Shown: positions 1 to 9,547, counted from the first letter of the stretch. The stretch: 16,207 nt of DNA from an uncultured archaeon (GCA_964447495.1 CAYUTF010000062.1:3679-19885), one strand, 5' to 3'. Numbers and translations are program-made. The notes: generated from the letters alone by a model not told the origin.

Positions 1-1444
1 CAAATTTCTTTGCTGTTTCTTTAACTAATTCAGGATTTATCCCTCTTGAATCATATAATTCTATTAGAGTGTCTATAGAAACCGTTCCTTCTTTTAAACG
101 TTTCTCCAGGATTTTTCCGGCTTTTTTTTTATTTTCATAATACTTTTCTTTTTCCACATCTAAAATCTCTTTTATTTCACTAAGTTGTTCAGAGACTTCT
201 GGAAATAACCCTTTTAATTCTTCAGCATGCCACATACATACATCCGCTAGATCAATATTCCACTCAAAGCGATCGATAAAAGAAATAGCACGCCTAAAAA
301 TTACTCTTAAATTGTATCCACCTCCCATATTAGATGGAAGCTTTCCATCATTTATCGCAAATAATAAAGTTCGTGCATGCTCTGCGATAGAATAAAGGGC
401 GGTCATAGGTAAAATTTTGATTTTTAACTCTGCTATGGGTAACTGCAATTCATCCGCTACTTTTTGCCATGCATCATCCAAATCTTCAACTTCATCATTA
501 TTTAAATAAGCTGAATATTTAGAAAAATCGTTATAAAGATCCATATCTAATTTAACTTTTGTAAGAGCTCTTAATTTTGAGATTACATAAGGAAAAGTAG
601 CTTCATATATATTTGGAGTTCCTTGAGAGAACCATGCTACACGTTCTTGACCCATTCCCATATCAAGTACTTTTAAATTGAGTTCTTTTGGACCCTCAGC
701 AGTTTGTTCATACATTGTATAAACCTGATTGAATAACTCTACTCCTCTACTGAAGAATTCAAGACTGCATCCAAAAGATCCCCCACCTGCCCAACTATCT
801 TCATGAATTGTAATTTCTTCTTTAGCTAATCCCACACCAAGATGAATAAAATCATGAATATCTTGAAAGAATTCACCTTGATTCCATTCATCTGGTGACC
901 CGAAAAAATGTTGCCCGATCATTACAAAACCAGTATTATGTGAAAGTGTCACACCGACATTCTCAATATCGTTGAAGCGTAAACAAAACTGAGGAATTAT
1001 TAACTTTTTTGCGGGGGGTTCAACTTCTCCCGTAATAACATATGGCTGAAATGCGGATATAGAAGCTATAGTAAACTCTGAGGTAGGATTCCATCGAGCT
1101 ACGCAAGGATATCGCTTTATAGGCACATAACCTCTTGGTTCTAGCATTTCAACAATTTTTTCCCATACTCCAATGTAGGAGAGTTTTACTTTGGCAGGGT
1201 TATCATTAGTAACCTGAAATCCACCAGAGCATATGGGATCTCCGCAAACAGTTCTTCCTTTCAGGACTGTCCAAAAAAACGTACCACAACACTCACATTT
1301 TTTTCTTATATATCCAAGTTTCCTTAATTCTTTTGTAGGAAAATATTTATCAGGATTTTTTGAAGCTATTACCTTGAAAGCTTTTTTAATTTCCTTATCA
1401 CTATGAATGTCTCTGAGATCTTTTAAATCTTCATTAGAAGGCAT
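1..1444 (-). CDS. alaS: Alanyl-tRNA synthetase, archaeal type (partial; 3' end runs off the window)
   Basis: Not in the ORF track. Manual translation from the ATG at 1444 gives MPSNEDLKD...RKKCECCGTFFWT...CGDPIC...RYPCVARW...FTIASISAFQP...PQFCLRFNDIENVG...HNTGFVMIGQH...WAGGGSFG...DMGMGQER...LPSNMGGGYNLR. These are archaeal AlaRS catalytic-domain motifs, and the frame stays open to position 1. Confidence 0.96.
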   Translation of the reverse strand, partial: MPSNEDLKDLRDIHSDKEIKKAFKVIASKNPDKYFPTKELRKLGYIRKKCECCGTFFWTVLKGRTVCGDPICSGGFQVTNDNPAKVKLSYIGVWEKIVEMLEPRGYVPIKRYPCVARWNPTSEFTIASISAFQPYVITGEVEPPAKKLIIPQFCLRFNDIENVGVTLSHNTGFVMIGQHFFGSPDEWNQGEFFQDIHDFIHLGVGLAKEEITIHEDSWAGGGSFGCSLEFFSRGVELFNQVYTMYEQTAEGPKELNLKVLDMGMGQERVAWFSQGTPNIYEATFPYVISKLRALTKVKLDMDLYNDFSKYSAYLNNDEVEDLDDAWQKVADELQLPIAELKIKILPMTALYSIAEHARTLLFAINDGKLPSNMGGGYNLRVIFRRAISFIDRFEWNIDLADVCMWHAEELKGLFPEVSEQLSEIKEILDVEKEKYYENKKKAGKILEKRLKEGTVSIDTLIELYDSRGINPELVKETAKKF

Positions 1445-1597
1445 TTTAATCAATAATCATTATTTTTCTTTATGATGTATCAATATAATGAAAAATATAT
1501 CATTTCCTAAAATTTTTCGCATTATATTTAAGAAATTTCATGAATATTTATTGAGAAATTCAATTGATTATTAGAATACTAATTGAAGAAGCATAGA

Positions 1598-1605
1598 TTT
1601 AAATA
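1598..1605 (+). promoter_or_regulatory. Candidate archaeal TATA box for the 1664 gene
   Basis: TTTAAATA lies about 60 nt upstream of the ATG, with a purine-rich stretch before it and a GTGAG SD-like element at 1654-1658. The AT-rich background makes this weak. Confidence 0.3.
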
Positions 1606-1663
1606 ATATAATAGTTGATTAGAATTATTAGTAAATCCATTATTAAAAAATCAGTGAGAAGAT

Positions 1664-2035
1664 ATGACATATTATGATCCATTCGGAGCTTATGGTATAA
1701 TTCTTGTAATTATAATTGGGATAGTTTTAGTTTCATGTGTAATACAAATTGCAATTGCAGTTTGGGTGTATAAGGATGCTCGAAAACGAAATATGGAACC
1801 AACAATGTGGTTAGCAATAACTTTAATAGCGGGATGTATAGGTTGCATTATTTATTTAGTTGTAAGAGAGCCAATTCCCATGGAAGGAATCCCGATGACA
1901 AAGGAAAGACCTCCTGAACCTTTTGAGAGTCGGAGTTTTGATAATATTACAGAAAAGGGGCTTTTTTGCCCAAATTGTGGAAGTAGAATACCAGAAGGAG
2001 CTAAATTTTGCCCTTCATGCGGAAATCCTCGCTAG
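1664..2035 (+). CDS. Small membrane protein with C-terminal zinc ribbon
   Basis: Two hydrophobic segments flank VYKDARKRNM..W (PLDc_N-like hairpin), followed by a CPNCG-x9-CPSCG zinc ribbon. Confidence 0.85.
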   Translation: MTYYDPFGAYGIILVIIIGIVLVSCVIQIAIAVWVYKDARKRNMEPTMWLAITLIAGCIGCIIYLVVREPIPMEGIPMTKERPPEPFESRSFDNITEKGLFCPNCGSRIPEGAKFCPSCGNPR

Positions 2036-2039
2036 CGAT

Positions 2040-2498
2040 TTACTCCGATTCTAGATCCAATACTTGAAAACGTGAATAACCCCGTTTAATTAAATCATAA
2101 TCTAAAAATTCTATTTTATTTGGAATTATTTTTAATATTAGTTTTCTTTTACCACGCACAATTTTTTGTGCTTTTTCATATTCATTATCTCCTTCTTCCA
2201 GAAAGATTAGATTGTTATTTCCTTTTGCGGTTATTTGCATACCTTGAATCTTCCCTGTGTCTAATGGCGTGTATATCCCAATGCTCACAATAGGGTTTTT
2301 TTCTATATTTATGACCTTTCTTCCAGGAGCAAGACCTACATATATATCATAATTTTCCCTATTCTTTTCCATATAAAAATCCATGGGAGTAGCACGAGGA
2401 ATATTATTTAAACAAGTGCATAAGACTAAAACCTTTCTTTTATCCAGAAATGCCCTAATCTCCTTAATTAGCTCAACTTTAGGCATTTTTTTATTCAA
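2040..2498 (-). CDS. Pyridoxamine 5'-phosphate oxidase-like (split-barrel flavin-binding) protein
   Basis: Contains VLCT...PRATPM...GRKVINIEKNPIVSIGI, the typical K..NI..NP.VS motif. The TTG start is preceded by GGTGG; an alternative ATG is at 2486. Confidence 0.75.
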   Translation of the reverse strand: MNKKMPKVELIKEIRAFLDKRKVLVLCTCLNNIPRATPMDFYMEKNRENYDIYVGLAPGRKVINIEKNPIVSIGIYTPLDTGKIQGMQITAKGNNNLIFLEEGDNEYEKAQKIVRGKRKLILKIIPNKIEFLDYDLIKRGYSRFQVLDLESE

Positions 2499-2603
2499 AT
2501 TAATCCACCAAATATTAACTAATTGCCATCATTAAAAGAGCTTTTGATCCAATTTTAAATATAATCCTAAATGAGCCAAAGATTAGAGGTTATGAGCTAA
2601 AAT

Positions 2604-3740
2604 TTATCTCAAATTAATATTTGGAAATTCAGTATTATCAACTGCAGCTTGAACGTAGGGAGAAATTGGTCCCCTTCCCAATGCCATAATCCGTATCTTA
2701 GATCCTAAGGACGGATTCAAAGATGTGCCAAATTTTAATGACGCCTCTTTAGGAATTTCATGAGATATGGTTGATATTATTTTGTCAATTTTTGATAATG
2801 ACAATTTGTGATCTCCCGAAACAGATACAATACATTTATCAATTTTGTGTGGGTCCGGATCTAAGAGAGGATTATTTAATGCGAGTCTTGCCTTATTAAT
2901 CAAATCTGACTCGTCACCTAATGATTCAGTTATTCCAATTAGTCCACTGGGATAATTTCCACTTTTTTCAAGCACTTTTTTTACGTCAGCATAGTCAATG
3001 TTAATCAAGCCACAATTATTTATTAAATTTAGAATTTCACGTATGCATCTAATTAAGACTTCATCCATAATTTTAAATCCAGTTAAAATTGGCAATGTAT
3101 TGTTAAATTTTAATAAATTGTCATTAGGAATAGTTATTAGAGTATCTGTATTTCTTACAAGTGCTTTTAACCCTTTTTGGGCTCTTAAGTTTCTTTCATT
3201 CCCTTCAGAAGAAAACGGAATTGAACAAAATGTTACTACAGTTGCATTATTCTTTTTTGCCTCTCTTGCTATAATCGGAGCAGCTCCTGTTCCTGTTCCT
3301 CCACCTAATCCATAAGTTAAGAAAACAACATCAGCATTCAATGCTTCAGCTAATCTTTCTATATCTTCTTCCGCAGCTGAAGCCCCAATTTGAGGATCAT
3401 TACCTGAACCTAAACCATTACAGGTTTCCTTCCCGATTAGTAGTTTTTTATTAGCATTGGAATAATAAAGGTCATGGGCATCAGTATTAATGTTTAAAGT
3501 TTCAACATAATCAGACCCTAAATCCTGCATTCTAGAAACGGTGTTATTCCCTGCACCGCCGATTCCAACAACAACGGATTTTATTTTCAGAACTTTTAAC
3601 AAATCAGATAAATATTTATCGCTATCTAAATTAGCATTTTGATTGCTTACTTTATTTTGATGCGCAATTTCGTTAAATCTGGACCTTACTGATAATCTAG
3701 AATTTACTACATCTTTTAAATCAAATTCTTCTTTAGCCAT
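2604..3740 (-). CDS. ftsZ: Cell division GTPase FtsZ (archaeal FtsZ1-like)
   Basis: VVGIGGAGNN, INTDA, GLGSGNDP, the GGGTGTG tubulin/FtsZ signature, PFSSEG and the T7 loop GLINIDYADV are all present. Confidence 0.95.
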   Translation of the reverse strand: MAKEEFDLKDVVNSRLSVRSRFNEIAHQNKVSNQNANLDSDKYLSDLLKVLKIKSVVVGIGGAGNNTVSRMQDLGSDYVETLNINTDAHDLYYSNANKKLLIGKETCNGLGSGNDPQIGASAAEEDIERLAEALNADVVFLTYGLGGGTGTGAAPIIAREAKKNNATVVTFCSIPFSSEGNERNLRAQKGLKALVRNTDTLITIPNDNLLKFNNTLPILTGFKIMDEVLIRCIREILNLINNCGLINIDYADVKKVLEKSGNYPSGLIGITESLGDESDLINKARLALNNPLLDPDPHKIDKCIVSVSGDHKLSLSKIDKIISTISHEIPKEASLKFGTSLNPSLGSKIRIMALGRGPISPYVQAAVDNTEFPNINLR

Positions 3741-3934
3741 TTAAAACATCTGTTTAGAAAAGTAGTGAGTTTTATAATATGAGTATTATATCTGAATAAT
3801 ATAGCATAGTAATATGCATGTAATACCATTACTATTTATAGAATCCAAGTATGATTATGTTGTGTTATGATAAGGAAATAGGAATAAGTAATAAAATTTA
3901 TAAGAATAAATTTTCATGTTTAATATACTAAGGG

Positions 3935-4183
3935 TTGTTCGTCATGGAAATTGATTATAATAATAAAAGTAATGAAAGGTCTTCAAGTGATTTAGATAAT
4001 AGTAATCTGATTAATGTCAGAGTTATTATTAGCTGCCCTAATGGAGATTATAAGAAAAAGTTTAAAAATCAATTTCCACGAGAGCAAATGGACTTATTTT
4101 TAGTTTCTGCTCGTGTGTTCGATTGGATGACCTGTCCACTTTGCGGAGAGCTTTTAAATTGTAACTTCGAATTCAATATCTGA
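3935..4183 (+). CDS. Small putative zinc-ribbon protein (real start possibly ATG 3944)
   Basis: 82-aa ORF filling the intergenic space, with CPNGD ... CPLCG knuckles. Confidence 0.7.
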   Translation: MFVMEIDYNNKSNERSSSDLDNSNLINVRVIISCPNGDYKKKFKNQFPREQMDLFLVSARVFDWMTCPLCGELLNCNFEFNI

Positions 4184-4239
4184 TTTTGAAGATATTATCA
4201 AATGAAATAATTAGATTTAATTCAAATAACTAAAAAGAT

Positions 4240-5556
4240 TTAAGCATCTAAATCAAGTTTTATCTCACCATAAGTTCCTCCACCACCGGGAGTATAACTG
4301 ATCTCATTATTTCTCATAGCTTTAACTATACTTCCTATATTCTCATCATAATTATTAATTCTTTCGATAGGTAAATCGAGTAAAATTTCATATTCGTTTC
4401 CCAATTGAGAAATTATCTTATCATATGCATTCACCACAGTTTTACTAGTACTATTTTTCACATTCTTAATAGAGCGGATAATATCTATTAATGGGATGGC
4501 ATTAATATAAGGTGGTCTATGATCAGGATGCTTAGTATTTTTGTATGACGCAATGGTTTCGATTCTTTCACTTACACCTAACTTAATTTTGAAATTTTTA
4601 TTGAATTCTTCTTTACAAGCTGGACATATCACTTTTCCTTTGGCAACAGTACCGATGAAATCCTTTCTCGTATTTTCTGCATCATTGGAGTAGTATTTAA
4701 TGAAGTTAGGGGTAATTTGATATTGATTAAAAATAGAGGTTAAAGATTTATTACTCTTTTTAAAAATTATACGTCTTCTACATTTATTACAGAACATATT
4801 ATAATATTTTCCTAATTTTGGATGTAAACCTACATTAAGAATTATTTTACGCGAATCTTTTCTCCGTAAAGCAGATTCAATTTCTTCAAATGAAGGATTA
4901 TCTATATCAAACTTGTTAAATTCTCTTCCAAGGGAGCGTGGTGATTGAGAATGAGCATCGCTATTACTAAGAAAAGTTACATCTTGTAGGCATTCTAAAC
5001 GATCTGCTAAATCTGTATTTGCAGACAAACCTAATTCTATGAATAATACTTTTTTCACTGAATCTTGATAACATTCTTTTAGTGTAGCATATTGGTTCTG
5101 ACGAAATATAGCCTTGAAAGGAGTGAAAGCATGTGCTGGTCCGATTATTCCGCCTAAATCAGAAATAATATCCACTAATTCAGCTGGAGATAAATTTATT
5201 CTAGGTCTACCACCCCATTCATTATACAAGTTTTTGGAATGGGTTCTAAGTTTTTCTTGAGTTTCATATACTGTCTTGAAATCAGGAAGGAAAACTATAT
5301 GATGAATATTTTCTGTGTCCTCGATTTCAGTTTGTAAAAGGAAATAGAGATCTTTATACTTGAAAGCACCATCTTCTGTTCTTTGGAGGTTATTTTGCAT
5401 GTATTTTAACCATTCTGGTTGTAAAATATCTCCTGTACCTAATAAATGGAGCCCTTTCTTCTTGCAGGTAGCTATCATAGTATCTAAATTGAGAGATTTT
5501 GATACTGCAATCGAATGAGGACTATGAATATGAAGATCTGTGTTGTATAATTGCAT
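4240..5556 (-). CDS. endoQ: Endonuclease Q family protein (PHP domain plus Zn finger; TIGR00375-like)
   Basis: Motif order DLHIHS, GTGD, PAHAFTP, ELGLSA, SNSDAHS, LGRE, GLHPKLGKY, CxxC...CxxC, GVSERI, RPPY, GGGGTYG matches EndoQ. Confidence 0.88.
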   Translation of the reverse strand: MQLYNTDLHIHSPHSIAVSKSLNLDTMIATCKKKGLHLLGTGDILQPEWLKYMQNNLQRTEDGAFKYKDLYFLLQTEIEDTENIHHIVFLPDFKTVYETQEKLRTHSKNLYNEWGGRPRINLSPAELVDIISDLGGIIGPAHAFTPFKAIFRQNQYATLKECYQDSVKKVLFIELGLSANTDLADRLECLQDVTFLSNSDAHSQSPRSLGREFNKFDIDNPSFEEIESALRRKDSRKIILNVGLHPKLGKYYNMFCNKCRRRIIFKKSNKSLTSIFNQYQITPNFIKYYSNDAENTRKDFIGTVAKGKVICPACKEEFNKNFKIKLGVSERIETIASYKNTKHPDHRPPYINAIPLIDIIRSIKNVKNSTSKTVVNAYDKIISQLGNEYEILLDLPIERINNYDENIGSIVKAMRNNEISYTPGGGGTYGEIKLDLDA

Positions 5557-5631
5557 TATTATAAGAAAAACACAATTTAATATAAAATTTAATTAATATT
5601 TTTATTATTTAAGGACTTTAGAGTATAGAGA

Positions 5632-6690
5632 TTATTCATTAACTTTTATTTTACGCCATTTGTTTGCTTTTTCGTGATCATTTAATTCTTCATAACAATG
5701 AATGAGATTTTCAATGATATCATATTCATCAGGAATAAGACTGATTATTTTTTCATAATATTTGAGTGCAGAAGCAAAATCTTTTTCACAGTAATAATAA
5801 ATGATTGCAATTTTTCTCAAAATATTGACTGATTGAGGATTCAAATCAAGAGCTTTTTTATAATATTCTAATGCATTGTAATAATCTTGAAGTGCATCAT
5901 AACAGAAACCAAGATTATCATACAGGATAGGATCATCAGATTCAAGTTTCAATGCTTCTTCATAACATTCAATCGCTTTTCTATAATTTTTTTTAAAAGT
6001 ATAACATAATCCCAGATTGTTCCAAGCTTCAAGTATGTAAGGATCTAATTGTAGTGCTTTTGTAAAGGAGTCTATTGCTAAATCATAGTTAGCTGTTTCA
6101 TAAGCAACGTCTCCTAAATCATACCATAATTCAGCATTATGGGGAGCTAATTCAAGCGCTTTTTTAAAGAAGTGCATAGCATTATCATAATCCTTTTTGT
6201 CATAATATACCGCAGCGAGATTATTATATAGTATAGGGTCATCTGGGTTAATTCGAATTGCTTTTTCATAGCTTTTAATTGCATTATTAAATTCCTCGAG
6301 GTCTTTATAAATAATAGCAATATTATTTAAAACATCTGTATAACTTGGATCAAATTCCAATGACTTGTTATAATATTCTAAAGCTTTCTCAAAATCTTCT
6401 TTCTCTTCATAAACAAATCCAATATTATAATATATTACAGCGTCTTCCGGATCTAATTTAATGGCATTAAAATAAGAATCAATTGCATTATCTAATTCAC
6501 CTTTCATTGAATATGAAAGCCCTAAATTATTCCATACTTCTGAATAATAAGGATTAATATCAAGTGCTTTTTTAAAACAACTTATTGCATGATCAAAATC
6601 TTCTTCGTCGTAATAAGCGTCTCCTAAGTTTATCCAGCTGTCTAAGTCGTTAGGATCTTGTTTTATTGCTTCTTTAAATCGTTCAATCAT
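5632..6690 (-). CDS. Tetratricopeptide-repeat protein (about 9-10 tandem TPRs, no other domain)
   Basis: 34-aa periodic W/Y-x-N-L-G ... A...Y.KAL.LDP repeats span the whole length. Confidence 0.93.
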   Translation of the reverse strand: MIERFKEAIKQDPNDLDSWINLGDAYYDEEDFDHAISCFKKALDINPYYSEVWNNLGLSYSMKGELDNAIDSYFNAIKLDPEDAVIYYNIGFVYEEKEDFEKALEYYNKSLEFDPSYTDVLNNIAIIYKDLEEFNNAIKSYEKAIRINPDDPILYNNLAAVYYDKKDYDNAMHFFKKALELAPHNAELWYDLGDVAYETANYDLAIDSFTKALQLDPYILEAWNNLGLCYTFKKNYRKAIECYEEALKLESDDPILYDNLGFCYDALQDYYNALEYYKKALDLNPQSVNILRKIAIIYYYCEKDFASALKYYEKIISLIPDEYDIIENLIHCYEELNDHEKANKWRKIKVNE

Positions 6691-6768
6691 ATTAATTTAC
6701 ACATATTTCTTAAGATTGTAAATGATTAATATCTATAATCTTTTTGTAAAATTAGTAAATGATTATTT

Positions 6769-7824
6769 TTAGGTTAATACTATCATTTTATCGCATCTTT
6801 GATCACTTAACAATATTCTATAATATTCTTGTTCTTCTTTATATTGTACTTGTTCTAGTTTGCCTATGACAGTAACTATTTCATTTGTTACTGCTTGTTC
6901 GCAGAATCTTCCTCGGTAAGAATTAATTTCATGTATTCTCTTAAGTGGGAGTTTTTCTCTACTTATTATCGACTTCAGGATTTTTATTGCTTTTATTTTA
7001 TAACTACATGGCGTAAAAATTGAATTTGTAGAATCAGTTATCTCGGCCTTTATACTTATTCTTCCTAAATTCTTAAAGTTATAATCATAATAGTTGCCTT
7101 TCCAATCTTCAGGACTTTTAATATATCGAATAAAGAAGTCTCTATCCTCATACTTACCTTGATGTAGCTTTCTGCTCTCAGTTTTAAAAAAGGTTTCGTA
7201 TGGTATACCTGAGCCCCCAACTCGCCAATTATAGTGAGTTTCATAATCCTTCTTGCTATACATTCGACATTTATTTGGAGAATTATAGATTTTTTTTAAG
7301 TTTTTTTGAAAATTTAAACTAATCTGAGTTCCATATATTATTAAATCAATATCAGAATTCTGTTTGTTTAATCCGATCATCTGTGACCCAGTTATACCGA
7401 TTAAATTTTTTGGGATTTTTCCTTCATTAATAAATAATTTACATAAACTTTTTGAGATCTTTTCATTTTTAGAAAGTACTTTTTTATTATATAATGAGAT
7501 AAAATAAGTCCTTGGGGAATAAATCTTTTCTATCTCTTCATTTTTCACACATTGTAATTCCATATCCAATTCTGGGGAAAAAAAAAGATGATTTGGAAAG
7601 TGTGTTTTTAAAAACGAGTATCTTTTGTCGAGATCATATATTTTTTTATATTTTAGCCCTGCTTTTAATCGATCCCCATTTTCGTGGGGATAAAATCGTA
7701 TAAAACATATTTTCCTATCATTTGGATGATGCAATCCCTTAACATCAAAAAAAAGATGGGTCTTTTTAGTTTCTATATAATCACCCTCAATCCCTATAGG
7801 AGTTATCATAGAAATTCTAACCAA
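6769..7824 (-). CDS. Pol-beta superfamily nucleotidyltransferase (archaeal COG1665-like)
   Basis: GITGS...SDIDLIIYG catalytic motif, an N-terminal FDVKGLHHP..R...FIRFYP block and a C-terminal OB-like beta region. Start is uncertain (TTG 7824 or ATG 7809). Confidence 0.8.
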   Translation of the reverse strand: MVRISMITPIGIEGDYIETKKTHLFFDVKGLHHPNDRKICFIRFYPHENGDRLKAGLKYKKIYDLDKRYSFLKTHFPNHLFFSPELDMELQCVKNEEIEKIYSPRTYFISLYNKKVLSKNEKISKSLCKLFINEGKIPKNLIGITGSQMIGLNKQNSDIDLIIYGTQISLNFQKNLKKIYNSPNKCRMYSKKDYETHYNWRVGGSGIPYETFFKTESRKLHQGKYEDRDFFIRYIKSPEDWKGNYYDYNFKNLGRISIKAEITDSTNSIFTPCSYKIKAIKILKSIISREKLPLKRIHEINSYRGRFCEQAVTNEIVTVIGKLEQVQYKEEQEYYRILLSDQRCDKMIVLT

Positions 7825-7826
7825 AG

Positions 7827-8930
7827 TTAATATTTTGAAGGTGTTTTTGATTTTATTTTATATTTTGGTATTTCTTTTAGTTTTCTTATTTGATTCTCAA
7901 ATTCTTTCTTTTCTCTTAGAAATCGTTCTTTATCTCTTTCTAATTTATCTCTTTCTTTTTTAATTGTATTTTTTTCACTTTCAATGGAAAATTTTTCCTT
8001 TTCAATATTATTATAATGATTTTGTAAGTTTTTTAGCTTACTTTCTAAATCTTGAACATTTCGCTCTAAAGAATGATAAGTGCTTTCTGCTTTCGGAACT
8101 TTTTTATTTAATTCTTTCAGTTTTGCTTCTTCCTGTTTTCGGGATCTTTCTAAATTTCTTACCTCTTCCTCAACATTTTCTCTAAATTTTTCTAAATCTT
8201 TCTTTTTCTTATCAATATCACGAGCTTTTAGATTAAGGTTCTTTTTCTTATATTTGATTTTATCTTTATAATCTTTTAAATGTCTCTTCTCATCTTCAAT
8301 GCGATTCCTTTCATCTACGAGTTCTCTTTTATTATCATTAATTTCTTTATTTAGGTTATCCTTCTCACTTGTTAGTTGTTTTATTTCGTTTCTTAAGCCC
8401 ATTAACTTGTCTTCATGTTTTTCAATAGTTTTTTCTAAAGCATTTTCTCTTCGTTCCATACCCGGTATTTTCGTTTTAATCTCTTTAATACGATCTTCTG
8501 ATCTGCTTTTTTCTTTCTCTAGATTAATTTTTTCTTTCTCTAAATCATCTTTAATACTATTTAACTTATCTTGATATCGTTTTAAATCATTACTTTTTTG
8601 ATCTAATTCCTTCTCTTTTGTTTGGAGGGCACTTTTATGCTGTTTTATGTCATTTCTCATTGTTTCTATATCGTTTTTTAAATGATCGCGTTCCGTTAAG
8701 AGATTTCTAACTTCTAATTCTTTTTCTTTTCTCTTCTTCTCAAGATCATTTATATCATCACCATAACCTTCAACCTTTTTTATAACTTTTTCCCAATCGT
8801 TTTTCTCCTTAATTAATTTAGCTCTTTCATCTCTTATTTCTTTGAGTAACTTTTCATTTGAGATAGCATCTATTTCATCCTGGGGTGTTTTTTCTCGAAT
8901 TTGATATTTTTGAATGGGTTTATCGTTCAT
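7827..8930 (-). CDS. Long all-coiled-coil protein of unknown function
   Basis: About 330 aa of K/E-rich heptad pattern with short non-helical ends. No ATPase motif or TM segment. Confidence 0.85.
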   Translation of the reverse strand: MNDKPIQKYQIREKTPQDEIDAISNEKLLKEIRDERAKLIKEKNDWEKVIKKVEGYGDDINDLEKKRKEKELEVRNLLTERDHLKNDIETMRNDIKQHKSALQTKEKELDQKSNDLKRYQDKLNSIKDDLEKEKINLEKEKSRSEDRIKEIKTKIPGMERRENALEKTIEKHEDKLMGLRNEIKQLTSEKDNLNKEINDNKRELVDERNRIEDEKRHLKDYKDKIKYKKKNLNLKARDIDKKKKDLEKFRENVEEEVRNLERSRKQEEAKLKELNKKVPKAESTYHSLERNVQDLESKLKNLQNHYNNIEKEKFSIESEKNTIKKERDKLERDKERFLREKKEFENQIRKLKEIPKYKIKSKTPSKY

Positions 8931-9034
8931 AATAATTAAAATAGTAATCTCGTTTCTTAAGTAAATAATAATAATATATATTCTAAAGTGTTTGTGATTT
9001 GAATTTAAGATTTTTTTCCTCTGATTAGAATCTA

Positions 9035-9042
9035 TTTATATA
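9035..9042 (+). promoter_or_regulatory. Candidate TATA box for Ubl paralogue 1
   Basis: TTTATATA about 65 nt upstream of ATG 9106, with a GGTG SD-like element at 9094-9097. Confidence 0.3.
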
Positions 9043-9105
9043 ATTTACATTCTATTATTTTTATAACAAAATTATTTATTAAGCTAAGTCTATGGTGTTT
9101 AACTT

Positions 9106-9516
9106 ATGGATTTTGAAGATGAGGATGAAAAATTTGATGAGGATGAAGAATTCGATGAAGATTTGGATGAAGAGTTAGATGAGCAATTAAAAAAGCCAAT
9201 TCTCGATGATCTTGCAACTAAAACTCCAAGTAGCACAATTATTTCTGAAGCAAAGAAGATCTCAGTATATCTAATGTCAACAATAGGTCCAGGGGAAAAG
9301 AAGCAAAAATTATTAATTTATACTGGGTATAAAATTAGTGATATCAAGGAAACAGTAGCTAATATCTTTGGTTTGGACCCCGCTGACTTTCATTTATCTA
9401 CAGGGGGCGTTACTATGGATGAGGGATCAACACTGAATGATTACAACTTAAATGATGGAGATGATATTCTTTTGATTCCAGCTAGCACTGCAGGTAAAAT
9501 TAATCGAAATATTTAA
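9106..9516 (+). CDS. Ubiquitin-like modifier, paralogue 1 (long acidic N-tail; C-terminus ...IPASTAG-KINRNI)
   Basis: Beta-grasp pattern ISDIKE...FGLDP..FHL..GG..MDEG.TL.DYNL.DGD.I.L aligns with the ubiquitin core. 54/81 residues are identical to the 11356 protein by manual count. Confidence 0.9.
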   Translation: MDFEDEDEKFDEDEEFDEDLDEELDEQLKKPILDDLATKTPSSTIISEAKKISVYLMSTIGPGEKKQKLLIYTGYKISDIKETVANIFGLDPADFHLSTGGVTMDEGSTLNDYNLNDGDDILLIPASTAGKINRNI

Positions 9517-9547
9517 TGATATATAGAATTAGTAATTCATTTTTTAT

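Noticed and set aside
2998-3315. 105-aa + strand ORF
   Set aside because: Antisense shadow inside ftsZ with no recognisable motifs.
5632-6690. TPR protein as an Hrd3/SEL1L equivalent of the membrane ligase
   Set aside because: It has canonical 34-aa TPRs with no signal peptide or TM and lies in a different transcription unit; nothing links it to the locus.
7512-7703. 63-aa + strand ORF
   Set aside because: Antisense to the nucleotidyltransferase gene.
7964-8574. Three hydrophobic F/L/S-rich + strand ORFs resembling membrane peptides
   Set aside because: Expected reverse-complement artefact of the K/E-rich (AAA/GAA) codons of the coiled-coil gene.
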